From assembly GCA_963696385.1 (NCBI GenBank), contig CAVOKF010000003.1, positions 765,896 to 829,895 of the forward strand: a stretch of DNA of 64,000 nucleotides, in the 5' to 3' direction. The notes beneath the pieces are model-generated. The model was given only the letters and a program-made list of their open reading frames with translations, did no database searches and was not told the origin of the DNA. This stretch comes from an uncultured delta proteobacterium. Its GTDB lineage: Bacteria; Myxococcota_A; Polyangia; Polyangiales; Polyangiaceae. The position numbers were made by a program, and so were the translations under genes. Shown here one piece after another: positions 40,699 to 51,356 of the stretch. The first letter of the stretch is position 1. Each line of letters begins with the position of its first letter.

Positions 40699-43024
40699 GC
40701 ACGAGCGATAGCACCTGGTCGACCCGCCGAATCAGATGGACCTTCAGTTCGGCGCGCACGTCGGCTGGTACTTCCTCGAGATCGCGCTCGTTGGCCGCCG
40801 GCACCAGAACCTCCCGGATGCCCGCGCGATGTGCCGCGAGTAGCTTCTCTTTGATGCCCCCGACGGCCAGCACACTACCGCGAAGGGTAATCTCGCCGGT
40901 CATGGCCACGTCGCGGCGCACAGGGCATTGGAGAAGCAAGGAAGCCACGGCGCTGAACATCGTGACGCCGGCGCTGGGTCCGTCTTTGGGCGTACCTCCT
41001 TTGGGCACGTGAACGTGCAGGTCGGTGCCCTTGAGGAACTCAGGGTCGAGTTTCAGGTCCTTAGCCCGGCTCCGCACGAAGGAGACAGCCGTCACCGCGC
41101 TCTCGTTCATGACGCTCTTAAGGTTTCCCGTCACCAGGACCTCGCCGCGGCCCGGCATCTTCGTGGCCTCGATGAAGAGGATATCGCCACCCGACGGAGT
41201 CCAGGCGAGACCCAAAGCGACGCCGGGCGCGCTCACCCTTTCGGCGAGCTCCGGAAGGTAACGAGCCGGACCTAGAATCGCCTCTGCGGCCTGCCCGTCG
41301 GCGACGAGCCGCAGGGTCGTGTCCCCCTCGGCGATCCGCATCGCGACGTGGCGACACACCGCGCCAATCTCACGCTCGACACCGCGAACCCCCGCCTCGC
41401 GTGTGTACGAATCGATGATTCGTTCCAAGCCATCGGGCTTGAAGTCCAGCCGCTCGTCGGTCAGGCCGTGCGCGCTGAGCTGCTTCGGGCACAGAAAATC
41501 GGTGGCGATGCGCAGCTTTTCGGCACGCGTATACCCGGGACAATCGATGACCTCCATCCGATCCATCAATGCCGACGGTATCGTCTCGGGATCGTTCGCC
41601 GTGCAGAGGAATGTCACTTGCGACAGGTCGAACGCGACATCGAGATAGTGGTCCTGGAACGTCGAATTTTGTTCCGGGTCGAGCACCTCTAGAAGCGCAG
41701 CGGCTGGGTCGCCCAAGACATCTACCCCCAGTTTGTCGACTTCATCGAGCACGATCACGGGATTTCGGACACCCGCCTTTTTGAGGCCCTGCATGATCCG
41801 GCCTGGCAGAGCGCCAACGTAAGTCCGTCGATGCCCTCGGATCTCGGCCTCGTCCCGCACGCCACCCAGAGCGATCCGGTGATACCGCCGACCCATCGAC
41901 CTCGCGATCGACCGCCCAAGGGACGTCTTGCCGACGCCCGGCGGCCCGATAAAGCAGAGAATGGGCGCCTTCTTGCTGCCCGCAAGCTTCCGAACGGCCA
42001 CGTATTCGATGATTCGTTTTTTTATTTTCTCGAGACCGTAGTGATCCTCATCAAGACAGCGGCGTGTCTCCTCGACGTCGAGCCTGTCGGGCGTGGCCCG
42101 GCTCCACGGCAAATCGGCAATCCACTCGAGGTAGCTCCGCGTCACGTTGTACTCGGCCGACTGAGGCTGCATCCCACTCATTCTGCCGAGCTGCTTGCGA
42201 GCCATCTTGAGAATGTCGTCAGGGAGCCCTGCCACGCGTACGCGCTCGCGCAACTCCTCGACCTCGTCTTCGTCGCCACCCTCACCGAGCTCTTCTTTGA
42301 TGGTGCGCATTTGCTGACGCAGGATCTGCTCGCGTTGGGCCTTTCCCTCGTCGGCTATCATCGAGCTCACTTCCTTCTTCACGCGGAGAAGCTCGAGCTG
42401 CCGATTGACGATGCCGAGAACGGCGCGGACGCGCGCCTTCGGATCGAACGTCTCGAGAATTCTTTGCTTGTCCGCGACGCTCGCCTGCTCGGGTGCGAGA
42501 TTCGATGCGATGAGGTCCGCCAGCGCCCCGCTTTCTCGTACGTTATCGAGAATCCCGGCCGTCTCACGCGGCAGATTGGGCATGAGAGAAAGCAGGTGCC
42601 GCATTCCCTCTCGCAAGCTCGCGCCCAGGGCATCCCGCTCGACGTCGCGCTCGAGATCTTCGGGGATGCGCCGTACACGAGCGCGCATGTACGGTTCCAG
42701 CATCGATTGTGTCGCGATCTGGAAGCGCGCCAGGCCGTGCAGCACGACTGAGTAGTTGTTCGGACCGAGTCGCAGCACTTTGACGACACGTGCCACGGTG
42801 CCCACTTCGTAGAGATCTTGGAACCGGGGCTCGTCGATCTCCGCGTCGCGTTGGCTGACGATGCCGACGACGGCGCGCTCCAGCCCGGCCAAGTCTTCGA
42901 CGAGACGCACGCTTCGCGGCCGGCCGACGTTGATCGGGACGACGCTGGCGGGAAACACCACGCTGTTTCGCAAAGGCAGGATAGGGAGCAGCTCGATCTC
43001 CGTGGACGAACGAGATTCGCTCAT
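40631..43024 (-). CDS. lon: ATP-dependent Lon protease
   Basis: LPLRNSVVFP, GPPGVGKTS, DEAEIRGHRRTY, PKDGPSAG, GGIKEK. Confidence 0.97.
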   Translation of the reverse strand: MSESRSSTEIELLPILPLRNSVVFPASVVPINVGRPRSVRLVEDLAGLERAVVGIVSQRDAEIDEPRFQDLYEVGTVARVVKVLRLGPNNYSVVLHGLARFQIATQSMLEPYMRARVRRIPEDLERDVERDALGASLREGMRHLLSLMPNLPRETAGILDNVRESGALADLIASNLAPEQASVADKQRILETFDPKARVRAVLGIVNRQLELLRVKKEVSSMIADEGKAQREQILRQQMRTIKEELGEGGDEDEVEELRERVRVAGLPDDILKMARKQLGRMSGMQPQSAEYNVTRSYLEWIADLPWSRATPDRLDVEETRRCLDEDHYGLEKIKKRIIEYVAVRKLAGSKKAPILCFIGPPGVGKTSLGRSIARSMGRRYHRIALGGVRDEAEIRGHRRTYVGALPGRIMQGLKKAGVRNPVIVLDEVDKLGVDVLGDPAAALLEVLDPEQNSTFQDHYLDVAFDLSQVTFLCTANDPETIPSALMDRMEVIDCPGYTRAEKLRIATDFLCPKQLSAHGLTDERLDFKPDGLERIIDSYTREAGVRGVEREIGAVCRHVAMRIAEGDTTLRLVADGQAAEAILGPARYLPELAERVSAPGVALGLAWTPSGGDILFIEATKMPGRGEVLVTGNLKSVMNESAVTAVSFVRSRAKDLKLDPEFLKGTDLHVHVPKGGTPKDGPSAGVTMFSAVASLLLQCPVRRDVAMTGEITLRGSVLAVGGIKEKLLAAHRAGIREVLVPAANERDLEEVPADVRAELKVHLIRRVDQVLSLVLEPPPSPPPQPRPEGNAPLANV

Positions 43025-43143
43025 TGTATGGAGGCTATACCGCGAAAGCGGTCCCGGCGCCGGTTCGCCGAGCGGCAGTCCTGCGTGCTAGAGCAGGGCG
43101 ACACGGCATGCCAATCGATCCGTGCTGCAGCCTGGCACCACTC

Positions 43144-43869
43144 GTGCACGGCCTCCCATCCGCAGGCGAGGGCGCGCGTCGACGGTGGGATGCTGGCGCG
43201 CGCCCGTCATGGCCCTGGTTCGTTTTTCCCGTCTCGATACTGACTCTCGCTTGTGCAGCGGTTCAAAATCCGAACAACGACCCGCAATCGATCCTGCGCG
43301 CCTATGCCCGCGATCTTGAAGACGGTCGAGCAGACGAAGCCTACCGCCTTCTCTCCGACGAGGCCAGACGCGGAATTTCGATCGAGGCCTTCCGACGCAT
43401 GATGTCGGAAGACCCGGAAGGCGTCCGGGAGATTGGCCGATCGCTTGAACGCCCGACGGCGCCTCCGCTCGTCACGGCAACTGTGACGAGCCCAAGCGGC
43501 CAGGAGCTGAACCTCATCCTGGAAGACGGCCGTTGGCGGGTGGACGCCTCGACGATCGATCTCTACGCGCAGGATACCCCTCGGCGCGCGATCCAGGGGT
43601 TCGTTCGGGCGGTGGAGCGAAAGCGATACGACGTGGTGATGCACTACGTCCCCGAAACGCACAAAGAGGGCCTCGACGCGACGAAGCTGCGCGCTGCATG
43701 GGAGGGCCATGAGAAAGACGAGATCGCGCAAGTGGTCGCTGCGCTCAAGCAGGCACTGCCGAACGCGACGATCGAAGAGAGCGGCGAACGCGCGACGATG
43801 GCCTATGGGGCGGGCACTCTTCAGCTCGTGCGGGAACACGGGCTTTGGAAAATCGAAAATTTCGACTAG
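43144..43869 (+). CDS. Hypothetical lipoprotein (tandem NTF2-like domains possible)
   Basis: LTLAC lipobox; two internal repeats ending LEDGRWRVD and LVREHGLWKI. Start uncertain. Confidence 0.7.
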   Translation: MHGLPSAGEGARRRWDAGARPSWPWFVFPVSILTLACAAVQNPNNDPQSILRAYARDLEDGRADEAYRLLSDEARRGISIEAFRRMMSEDPEGVREIGRSLERPTAPPLVTATVTSPSGQELNLILEDGRWRVDASTIDLYAQDTPRRAIQGFVRAVERKRYDVVMHYVPETHKEGLDATKLRAAWEGHEKDEIAQVVAALKQALPNATIEESGERATMAYGAGTLQLVREHGLWKIENFD

Positions 43870-43927
43870 CGCAGTCGGAGCCGGGAAACGTGGAGAGGGA
43901 AAGCCAGCGCCTGCCGACGTGTTCGCT

Positions 43928-44710
43928 TTAGGCTGAAGTTCCCCCTGCGAACGTCGCGATCACTGGAGCGTGATCGCTTGAGCCGACGTCGACAAGAACC
44001 TTGCAATCGACGGCCGCAAGTCCACGGCCGACGCTAGCGAGCACGTAGTCGAGACGCCAACCCTGGTTTTTTTGACGCAGGCCGCGCCACGGTGGCCACC
44101 ACGTAAACAGCTGCTCATTCGTCGGGTCGAGAGCGCGACCAACGTCCTGGAGGTCGCACGCGATGATGCGTTCGAACCGCTCGCGCTCGTCGGCGCGCTG
44201 ACCGATTGCCCCTGGTTTGCGCTCCTTCGGGTGCACGTCGGCCTCGGTTCGCGTCACGTTCATGTCACCGCATACGATCAGCTTGTTGCCGCCGGCGTGG
44301 ACCGCGCCAACATAATCCCGCATCGCTTCGAGAAAGTGCAGCTTGGCCGAGTAGTCTTTGCCGCCATTGGGAACGTACACGCTCGTAACGACAAACTTTC
44401 CCTCGATCTTGGCCTGAACGACGCGAGATTCGATATCGAAATCTGGATGATCGAATTCCGGTCGCTGAACGAAACTACTCTTCCGGACGTGAAGCGAGAC
44501 GCCGCTATACCCCTTGGAACCTCCGTGCCAGTAATTCCAGTATTCAGGAAGCATCGTGAGCGTCTCGCTCAGCTGTTCCGGACTTGCTTTGATCTCCTGA
44601 AGGCACACGACGTCCGGGCAGTCCCGTCGCACCCATTCGACGAATTGGCTCTCCCGCGCGCGAATGCCGTTGACGTTCCACGTTGCAATCTTCACGGTAG
44701 GCGACTCCAT
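43928..44710 (-). CDS. xth: Exodeoxyribonuclease III / AP endonuclease
   Basis: IATWNVNGIRAR, CLQEIK, YVPNG, GDMN, GWRLDY, SDHAP. Confidence 0.93.
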   Translation of the reverse strand: MESPTVKIATWNVNGIRARESQFVEWVRRDCPDVVCLQEIKASPEQLSETLTMLPEYWNYWHGGSKGYSGVSLHVRKSSFVQRPEFDHPDFDIESRVVQAKIEGKFVVTSVYVPNGGKDYSAKLHFLEAMRDYVGAVHAGGNKLIVCGDMNVTRTEADVHPKERKPGAIGQRADERERFERIIACDLQDVGRALDPTNEQLFTWWPPWRGLRQKNQGWRLDYVLASVGRGLAAVDCKVLVDVGSSDHAPVIATFAGGTSA

Positions 44711-45375
44711 GGTTTGCTCATCGTAATCTCCGGAGGGCGGAGGTATACGGGCTCGAGCCTCTCTGCGCCCTGCGGGGCCCGAACACCCGCAACCCGCCCG
44801 AGAACGGAGGCGCGCGGACAATCGTTCGGCGGCTCAAGGGCGAGCGACACCAGGCTGCCGAGCGCCGACCAGTCGACCTGCCGCGCCGCTTCGCCGACCA
44901 CCATCACGCCTGCGTCGCAAGCGAGCTCGGCGACGCGCGAGGGAACGTCGCCGATCCGAAGGTGACACGGCCCCAGCACAAGACGATCGAGCTGCCGGAC
45001 CTGCAAGTAGATCTCTCCCTTCCCCGCGGATACCGCACTGACCACGAGCGCGTCGCCCGGGGCGGCGAGATCGGCAGCTAGGGAGTCGAGGGATGTCACG
45101 CCGACGAGATCGGCGCCCGTTGCCATGACGATTCCTTTGGCAAGGGCGACGCCGATGCGAACGCCCGTAAACGCGCCCGGCCCGATTCCGACGGCCCACC
45201 TCATGACGTCGGTGGGGACCCACCCGTGTCGCGCGAAAAGCGCGTCCAGCATGGGCAAGAGCAGCTCGCCGTGCCCACTCGTGACCCGCTTTTCGTCCTG
45301 CGCAACGAGCGATCCGTTCTCGAAAAGTGCCACCGATCCCACCGGCGAACTTGTCTCGATGGCTGCGAGGCGCAC
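44692..45375 (-). CDS. tsaB: tRNA threonylcarbamoyladenosine biosynthesis protein TsaB
   Basis: LAAIETSS, HGELLLP, GIGPGAFTGVRIG, EPVYLR. Confidence 0.9.
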   Translation of the reverse strand: MRLAAIETSSPVGSVALFENGSLVAQDEKRVTSGHGELLLPMLDALFARHGWVPTDVMRWAVGIGPGAFTGVRIGVALAKGIVMATGADLVGVTSLDSLAADLAAPGDALVVSAVSAGKGEIYLQVRQLDRLVLGPCHLRIGDVPSRVAELACDAGVMVVGEAARQVDWSALGSLVSLALEPPNDCPRASVLGRVAGVRAPQGAERLEPVYLRPPEITMSKPWSRLP

Positions 45376-45449
45376 CGAATGCAGTCTACGCGTTATCGCT
45401 GCGGGGCCGGGGCCGAGGTCGGACCGCAGGTTGTCGGCGCCGCGCCGCG

Positions 45450-46640
45450 TCATAGCGTCGAGAAACGGCCGCCGCGAAACGCGGCTTCGAGTAGCTGATC
45501 CACCCGCGCGACGAGCTCCTTGGCGCGTGCGTCCGGCGACGACACGAGCGCCGTTTTGATCTCGCCGAGCGCCCTCAACTGACTAAACAGCTGCACATCG
45601 CTTAGCGCCGCGCCCCCGGCTAAGATCTGCCGTACGCGATCGATTTCCGCGGCCAGGGTCTCGACTCGCCCCGTCATCCGCCCCGCTTGGCGGGCCTCGG
45701 GATACTCGCGATGGAATGCATCGACGACGGGTGTCACGATCGCATCCAGAATAGGTGCCTGGTCCTCGGCGTTCCACACGTGTTTGAGGATGAACAAGTC
45801 GCTCGCATTGGGTTCGCTCCGCCCGTCGAGGAACGCACTCGCCGCAAACAGCTTCAGCAGCTTCACCACCCTCCGGTCGCTGAGCGTAATGCCCTCGGCC
45901 CGCAACTGAAAGACCAGACCTTTGTACTGCGAGAAGAAGTCTTCCCGAAACACCGTCCCGCGAAGCAGATCGCCCTGCAGCTCGGCAAGCTCGGACGCGG
46001 CCACGAGAGGCTCGATTGAAGCATCGTGCATCACGAGCAGCTCGTGCTCGAGCCCCTTCTGCAGCAAATCTTGGAAATGATAGGCGTCGAGGTTCTCGCT
46101 ACGGATTCGGAGCAGGAACCGGTCGCAAATCGCGGCCAATGCCTCGTCGCTCGGCACCTCGTTGCTGGCGCCGAAGGCGCTGATCAAAGGAGACTCTAGG
46201 ACCCGGCCGCCGCTCGTGAAGCGGCGTTCGTTGAGCAGCGTCAGGAGTGCGTTCAAGATCGCCGAGTTGGACTTGAACACCTCGTCGAGGAACACGATCT
46301 CGGCGTCGGGCAACATGCCCTCGGTGCGACGCTCGTAGCGTCCCTCGCGAAATGCCGCGATGTCGACCGGGCCGAAGATCTCGTTCGGCTCCGTGAACCG
46401 CGTGAGCAAATATTCGAAGTATCGGGCGCGCAGCAGGCGGGCGAAAGTGCGAACAAGCGCACTTTTGGCGGTGCCGGGAGGACCGACGAGAAGAGCGTGT
46501 TCCCCCGCGACCATCGAGACGACAAGGAGACGGATAGCCTCTGCCTTTCCCAAGAAGCGTTCCTCGAGCATGCGACCCACACGCGCCAGCCGCTCGGCGA
46601 GAGACAGCGGGCCCCGGTCGCTGGAAGCGGGCATGGGCAC
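45450..46640 (-). CDS. MoxR/RavA-like AAA+ ATPase
   Basis: GPPGTAKS, YLLTRFTEPNEIFGP, FLDEVFK, ASNE, DRF, SDRR. Confidence 0.88.
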   Translation of the reverse strand: MPMPASSDRGPLSLAERLARVGRMLEERFLGKAEAIRLLVVSMVAGEHALLVGPPGTAKSALVRTFARLLRARYFEYLLTRFTEPNEIFGPVDIAAFREGRYERRTEGMLPDAEIVFLDEVFKSNSAILNALLTLLNERRFTSGGRVLESPLISAFGASNEVPSDEALAAICDRFLLRIRSENLDAYHFQDLLQKGLEHELLVMHDASIEPLVAASELAELQGDLLRGTVFREDFFSQYKGLVFQLRAEGITLSDRRVVKLLKLFAASAFLDGRSEPNASDLFILKHVWNAEDQAPILDAIVTPVVDAFHREYPEARQAGRMTGRVETLAAEIDRVRQILAGGAALSDVQLFSQLRALGEIKTALVSSPDARAKELVARVDQLLEAAFRGGRFSTL

Positions 46641-46743
46641 GGGAAGCTAGCATGTGTGCGCCATACGCTTCGGGAGCCCGGAAGCCGAGCGCGCGCCGCG
46701 TTCGAACTTGCTCTTTTGTCGCGCTCCGTCGACCCTTGCGTTC

Positions 46744-47304
46744 ATGAAAAGTGCCCGTCCGTGGATCGTGTCAGGCGCGGTCGCCGCCGTGCTCTGTGTG
46801 CCGCAGGATGCGTTTGCGCTCGGACCGGTCGGCGTCGAAATCGGCGCAAAGGTCGGCGTCGGCACGAACCCGACTGGCGACAGCCTCAATCCGTTGGGTT
46901 TCGGGGTGGGCGCACGGGCCGGGGTGTCCGTTTTCAACGTCTACGCCGGCCTCTCATTCATGTATTATTTTGGCAGCAGCGGGGACGTCGTCGAGTCGTC
47001 GGACAAACGGTCCGGCAAAGCCATGCTCTACGGCTTCGAAGGGGGCTACAACTTTGACATCGTCCACGTCCTGACCATCCGGCCTCAGCTGGGCATCGGC
47101 GAGTACAACGGCGACTACCGCGGAGGGGCGCTGACGACGGGAACGGCCGACGGGAAGGACCTCTACTTGGAGCCCGGAGTGACCGTGCTCGTACCACTGG
47201 GGTTCTGGTTCGTCGGCGCGGATGCCAACCTCATCTTCTTGCCGGGGCAGAGTGGATCAAGGGCAGGGGGCACGTTTCACGGCCAGCTTGGCCTTAACTT
47301 CTGA
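46744..47304 (+). CDS. Outer-membrane beta-barrel protein (OmpA-TM-like)
   Basis: Signal peptide ending AFA, alternating hydrophobic strands, C-terminal Phe (GQLGLNF). Confidence 0.8.
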   Translation: MKSARPWIVSGAVAAVLCVPQDAFALGPVGVEIGAKVGVGTNPTGDSLNPLGFGVGARAGVSVFNVYAGLSFMYYFGSSGDVVESSDKRSGKAMLYGFEGGYNFDIVHVLTIRPQLGIGEYNGDYRGGALTTGTADGKDLYLEPGVTVLVPLGFWFVGADANLIFLPGQSGSRAGGTFHGQLGLNF

Positions 47305-47393
47305 GCGGGGCGCGCCCGACCGGGGAAGCCCGATCCCCGGCACCACGGAAATCGCGCGACCTGCAGCCAACCGAGCTAACCTTATGCTCAACG

Positions 47394-47651
47394 ATGATTC
47401 CTGGCGGCAAGAGTGCGGGGTCCACGCGGCTTGCGATCGTCGAGAAGTGTCTGTTCGACACGCTCGAGAGGTTGCGGGAGCTCGCGCCCAGCCCCCGGGT
47501 TCGCGAGATACGGGCGAAGGCTGAAGGATACGAGCGCGCGCTCCGTGCCTGGGTGACTCGTCCGCCCACCGAAGAGCAGCGGGCCGCCCTGCTTAAGCTC
47601 GTACTCGAGCTGAATTTGGAGGTCATCGCGTTGGGTCGACTGCCCGAGTGA
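47394..47651 (+). CDS. Small helical hypothetical protein
   Basis: 85-aa amphipathic ORF filling the gap just before the M1 peptidase. Confidence 0.6.
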   Translation: MIPGGKSAGSTRLAIVEKCLFDTLERLRELAPSPRVREIRAKAEGYERALRAWVTRPPTEEQRAALLKLVLELNLEVIALGRLPE

Positions 47652-47661
47652 CTGCCGCCGG

Positions 47662-50379
47662 TTGATGGGGTCGACGGAGGCTTCCCTTGCCGTTGTCCTA
47701 GCGGTGTCGCTCGGCGGCGCGTGCTCGCGAGCTGCGCCGCGGACGGCCGTGCCCGTCTCGGCGCCTCGACCCGGCGCATTTGCCGGCGTTCCGGCCAACG
47801 CTCCGCCGCCGCGCGACGATGGACGCCTGCCCGCGACGGCGGTCCCCGAGCGTTACTCGCTCGCCCTCCGAATTGACCCAGTGCAAGAACGCTTCTCCGG
47901 GACGGCGACCATTTCGGTCGTCATCACCGACCCGACATCCTTCATTGTCCTTAACGGCTCCTCGATGCATTACACTCGTGCTCTCGCGCGGATCGGCTCG
48001 ACCGAAATTCCAGGGGCGACATTTCAGAGACGTGCCCACGACGCCAACGACGACGGCGAGCTCGTCCTTTCGTTCGACCAGCGTCTGCCCTCCGGCAAAG
48101 CTACAATCGAAATATCTTACGACGCGCCCTTCGCCCCCGACCTCCTGGGCCTTTACCGGGTTCGCGAAGCGGGCCGGTGGTACGCGTACACCCAGTTCGA
48201 ACCGACACACGCGCGTCGCGCGTTTCCGTGCTTCGACGAACCAGGCTTCAAGACACCCTACGAAGTGCGCATCACGACGCCCCGCGGAACGTTGGCCCTC
48301 GGGAACTCGCCTGAGATCTCCTCCACCGACGAACCCGATGGTTTGGTCGAACACACGTTTCAGCCGACTCCACCGTTGCCGAGCTATCTCGTTGCATTTG
48401 CGGTGGGCGATTTCGACTTCGCCGAGGGCCAGAAGACGCCTTTCGCCATCCGGGTCGCAACGACGAAGGGGCGTGCCTCGCTCGCCGCCCTCGCACTCGG
48501 CGACGCCGAAGGGCTCGTGATCAAGCTCGGCGAATACTTCGACCTGCCGTACCCCTACGCGAAGCTCGATCTCGTGGCCGTGCCCGATTTCGCCGCAGGC
48601 GCGATGGAGAATCCCGGCCTGATCACCTTTCGGGACTCGCTCTTGCTCGTGGATCCGGAGCGAGCGACGACCTCGATCAGGCGGTCGCAGGCAGAAGTCA
48701 TCGCCCACGAACTCGCCCATCAGTGGGTCGGCGATCTCGTGACCCTTCGATGGTGGAACGATACTTGGCTCAACGAGGGGTTTGCGACATGGGCGGAAGC
48801 GAAAGTCGTTGACCAGTGGAAGCCAGCCTTCGGCGCAACCATCCAGCAGATTGCCGCGGTCCAGGGTGTGATGGATCTCGACGCCCTGCGCAGCGCGCGC
48901 GCCGTACGCGAGCCGGTCCGTTCGACCGGCGATGCCTCCGAAGCCTTCGACGGCTTGACCTACGACAAGGGTGCGGCCGTACTTCGCATGCTCGAAGGAT
49001 GGCTTGGTCCCGATACATTTCGTCATGGGGTCCAGTACTATTTGCACCAGAATGCGTGGAAGAACGCGGGCGCAGACGACCTGTTCAAGGCGCTCGACTA
49101 CGTCTCCGCCCTGCACGTCGGTCAACTGGCCAGCGCCTTTCTTGACCAACCCGGCGTCCCGGAGGTCATCGCCAGCTGGACGTGCGGAGGCATCGGGGCA
49201 GGCACGATCGAGCTACGCGAATCCGAGTGGCGACCACTCGGCGAGCCGCGGACTGGAGCGCAACGCCATTGGACGCTGCCCGTCTGCATCACGAGCGGCG
49301 GAGAGAAGACCAACAGCTGTTTTACGCTTGGTGCCGAGCCGATCACGCGCTCCCTGGGCGGGGGGTGCCCGGCTTGGGTCTACCCCAACGCCGATCAGGC
49401 TGGCTACTATCGCTTCCTCGTAGAGCCCTCCAAGCTCGCATCGCTCGTGGCGGCACGGCGATCACTGGACGTCGCCGATCGGATCGGTCTCGTGTCGAAC
49501 GCCTGGGCGGGCGTGCGCCAAGGCGCCATAGCCCCGCAAGCGCTGCTTGACATGCTTCCCGCGTTCGACGCCGAAACTGCCCGCTTGGTCGTCGAGCAGA
49601 TCGTCGGCGTTCTGGCGGGCATCGAACAAACGCTCGTCGACAACCAGGACTGGCCCGATTTTCGCAAATACGTCTCAGCGCGGCTCCTCGAAAAGAAGCG
49701 CTCTCTGGGTTGGGAAGCAAGCGGCCCTGCGGCCGACGAGGATCAGGCGCTCGAGCGGCAGACCGTGCTCTGGGCGATGGGCGCTCTCGCGTACGACGAG
49801 AGGACCCTTGCGGAGTGCGAAAGGTATGCCCTCGCGTGGATAAGGGACCCGACGCGAGTGTCGGGCGACCTGGCCGCCGTGGCCGTTCCGCTTGCCTCCA
49901 TCCGTGCCGGCCATGCTCGCCTGGCAGAGCTTCGCGCGGCGGCGCGAACCGCAAGCACACCGCAAGATCGCATCCTTGCCATCACTGCGATGGGCATGTT
50001 CGACGACGCCTCGGTCCTGACAGAGGCTCTGGACTTGACGCTGACCGGCGAACTGCGCCTCTCGGAGCTGCGCTACGTATTTGGCAACGCGCAGAGCCGG
50101 CGAGCGACGCGCGGAGTGACGTATGCTTGGGTCAAAGAGAATTGGGCCAAACTGCAAGCGCGCTTGCCACCGATGGCGCTGCGAGGGCTAAGCGGCATCG
50201 CTGGGACCGTGTGCACGCCGGCGGAGCGGGACGATGCCCGGACGTTCTTCACGGCCGCGTTGCGCGGAATCGACGGAGCGAAGCGTGGGCTGGATGAGGC
50301 TCTCGAACGGGCGGACTTGTGCGTCGCGCTACGGAGGTACGGGGCGGCGGACGTGACCAAATACTTCGGCCGCCGATAG
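47662..50379 (+). CDS. M1 family aminopeptidase (ERAP1-like C-terminus), probable lipoprotein
   Basis: ARRAFPCFDEP, GAMEN, HELAHQW...WLNEGFA, YDKG. Confidence 0.95.
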   Translation: MMGSTEASLAVVLAVSLGGACSRAAPRTAVPVSAPRPGAFAGVPANAPPPRDDGRLPATAVPERYSLALRIDPVQERFSGTATISVVITDPTSFIVLNGSSMHYTRALARIGSTEIPGATFQRRAHDANDDGELVLSFDQRLPSGKATIEISYDAPFAPDLLGLYRVREAGRWYAYTQFEPTHARRAFPCFDEPGFKTPYEVRITTPRGTLALGNSPEISSTDEPDGLVEHTFQPTPPLPSYLVAFAVGDFDFAEGQKTPFAIRVATTKGRASLAALALGDAEGLVIKLGEYFDLPYPYAKLDLVAVPDFAAGAMENPGLITFRDSLLLVDPERATTSIRRSQAEVIAHELAHQWVGDLVTLRWWNDTWLNEGFATWAEAKVVDQWKPAFGATIQQIAAVQGVMDLDALRSARAVREPVRSTGDASEAFDGLTYDKGAAVLRMLEGWLGPDTFRHGVQYYLHQNAWKNAGADDLFKALDYVSALHVGQLASAFLDQPGVPEVIASWTCGGIGAGTIELRESEWRPLGEPRTGAQRHWTLPVCITSGGEKTNSCFTLGAEPITRSLGGGCPAWVYPNADQAGYYRFLVEPSKLASLVAARRSLDVADRIGLVSNAWAGVRQGAIAPQALLDMLPAFDAETARLVVEQIVGVLAGIEQTLVDNQDWPDFRKYVSARLLEKKRSLGWEASGPAADEDQALERQTVLWAMGALAYDERTLAECERYALAWIRDPTRVSGDLAAVAVPLASIRAGHARLAELRAAARTASTPQDRILAITAMGMFDDASVLTEALDLTLTGELRLSELRYVFGNAQSRRATRGVTYAWVKENWAKLQARLPPMALRGLSGIAGTVCTPAERDDARTFFTAALRGIDGAKRGLDEALERADLCVALRRYGAADVTKYFGRR

Positions 50380-50427
50380 CGTACCAGCCACCGCCTGCCC
50401 ATGTGGCTTCGCGCTCGGTCCCGATCC

Positions 50428-51279
50428 TCAATCGCTCACGCGCGAAGCCGGTCCGAAGCGCGCCACCATGATGCTAGCGAGGGCCAGAACGAGAGCGCCC
50501 ATCTTCGGTTGTCTCGGAGTCACATGGGCCGGGACCCCGAGATGCTCGAGGGCTTCGGCGCACGTAGGCCCCACTGCCGCAACGACGACTGGCCCGCGCA
50601 GCACCTCGCCCAACGAGGAGCTCAACCCAATCGATTGCGCTATGTCGAAGAGGTGTTTTCCCTGAATCTGCGTCGTGAAGGCCACCGCGTCGATGTCCCC
50701 GGCGACGATGGATCGGACTAGCGCGCGTAATGGCTCCGTATCGTCCGGCAACGCCCACACGTACGGTTGCGCTTCGACGACACGTGCGCCGCGCCGCGCG
50801 AGCGCTTCGGGGACGGTGCGGCTCCCACCGCCATCGTGAATGAACACCACGTCGCGATTGCGCACATCGATACTGTCCAGCGTGGCCAATAGCTCGGACG
50901 TGGTGTGTGGCGGCGCCGCACGGAGTTGCGCCGTGAGACCCTCTCGCTTGAGCACCGCGATCGGCTTTGGGCCACGGCACACCACCGTCGCCTGCGCGAA
51001 GCCGGCGTGCAGTTCTGCGGCCCGCCCCAGCGCGCCGGCCATGCAAAACCACCGATCGAGGCCGGCGCCAGTCGCCAGAACAATCAGCGCGCCGCTTCGC
51101 CCGGCGACGTCGATCGCCGATTCGATCTCAGAAGCGCAATCACGCTCGACCTCCCGCATCGCCGGTACGCAAATCGGCTCGCCGCCGTGACGCCGAACAA
51201 GGGAGGCGAGCTCACCCTGCCTGCGCGATTCCAGCAGCGCAACACGCGCGCCATACAGCGAGGGGCTCACGTGGTTCAA
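50428..51279 (-). CDS. hemD: Uroporphyrinogen-III synthase (HemD-like)
   Basis: ESRR...LVRRHGG, RGPKP, YVWALP, AFTT, AVGPTCA. Confidence 0.8.
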   Translation of the reverse strand: MNHVSPSLYGARVALLESRRQGELASLVRRHGGEPICVPAMREVERDCASEIESAIDVAGRSGALIVLATGAGLDRWFCMAGALGRAAELHAGFAQATVVCRGPKPIAVLKREGLTAQLRAAPPHTTSELLATLDSIDVRNRDVVFIHDGGGSRTVPEALARRGARVVEAQPYVWALPDDTEPLRALVRSIVAGDIDAVAFTTQIQGKHLFDIAQSIGLSSSLGEVLRGPVVVAAVGPTCAEALEHLGVPAHVTPRQPKMGALVLALASIMVARFGPASRVSD

Positions 51280-51356
51280 CCTATCTCCATGGCGCTCGCA
51301 ACGACCAGGAAAGCAACGAGCCAGACATTCGCGCTACAGTCGAAAGCCATACACGA

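Noticed and set aside
43133..43148. Sigma-54-like TGGCAC-N5-GTGCA promoter
   Set aside because: It overlaps the most plausible in-frame start of the lipoprotein, and GG-N10-GC is frequent in GC-rich DNA. Similar weak hits near 7219 and 34555 were also dropped.
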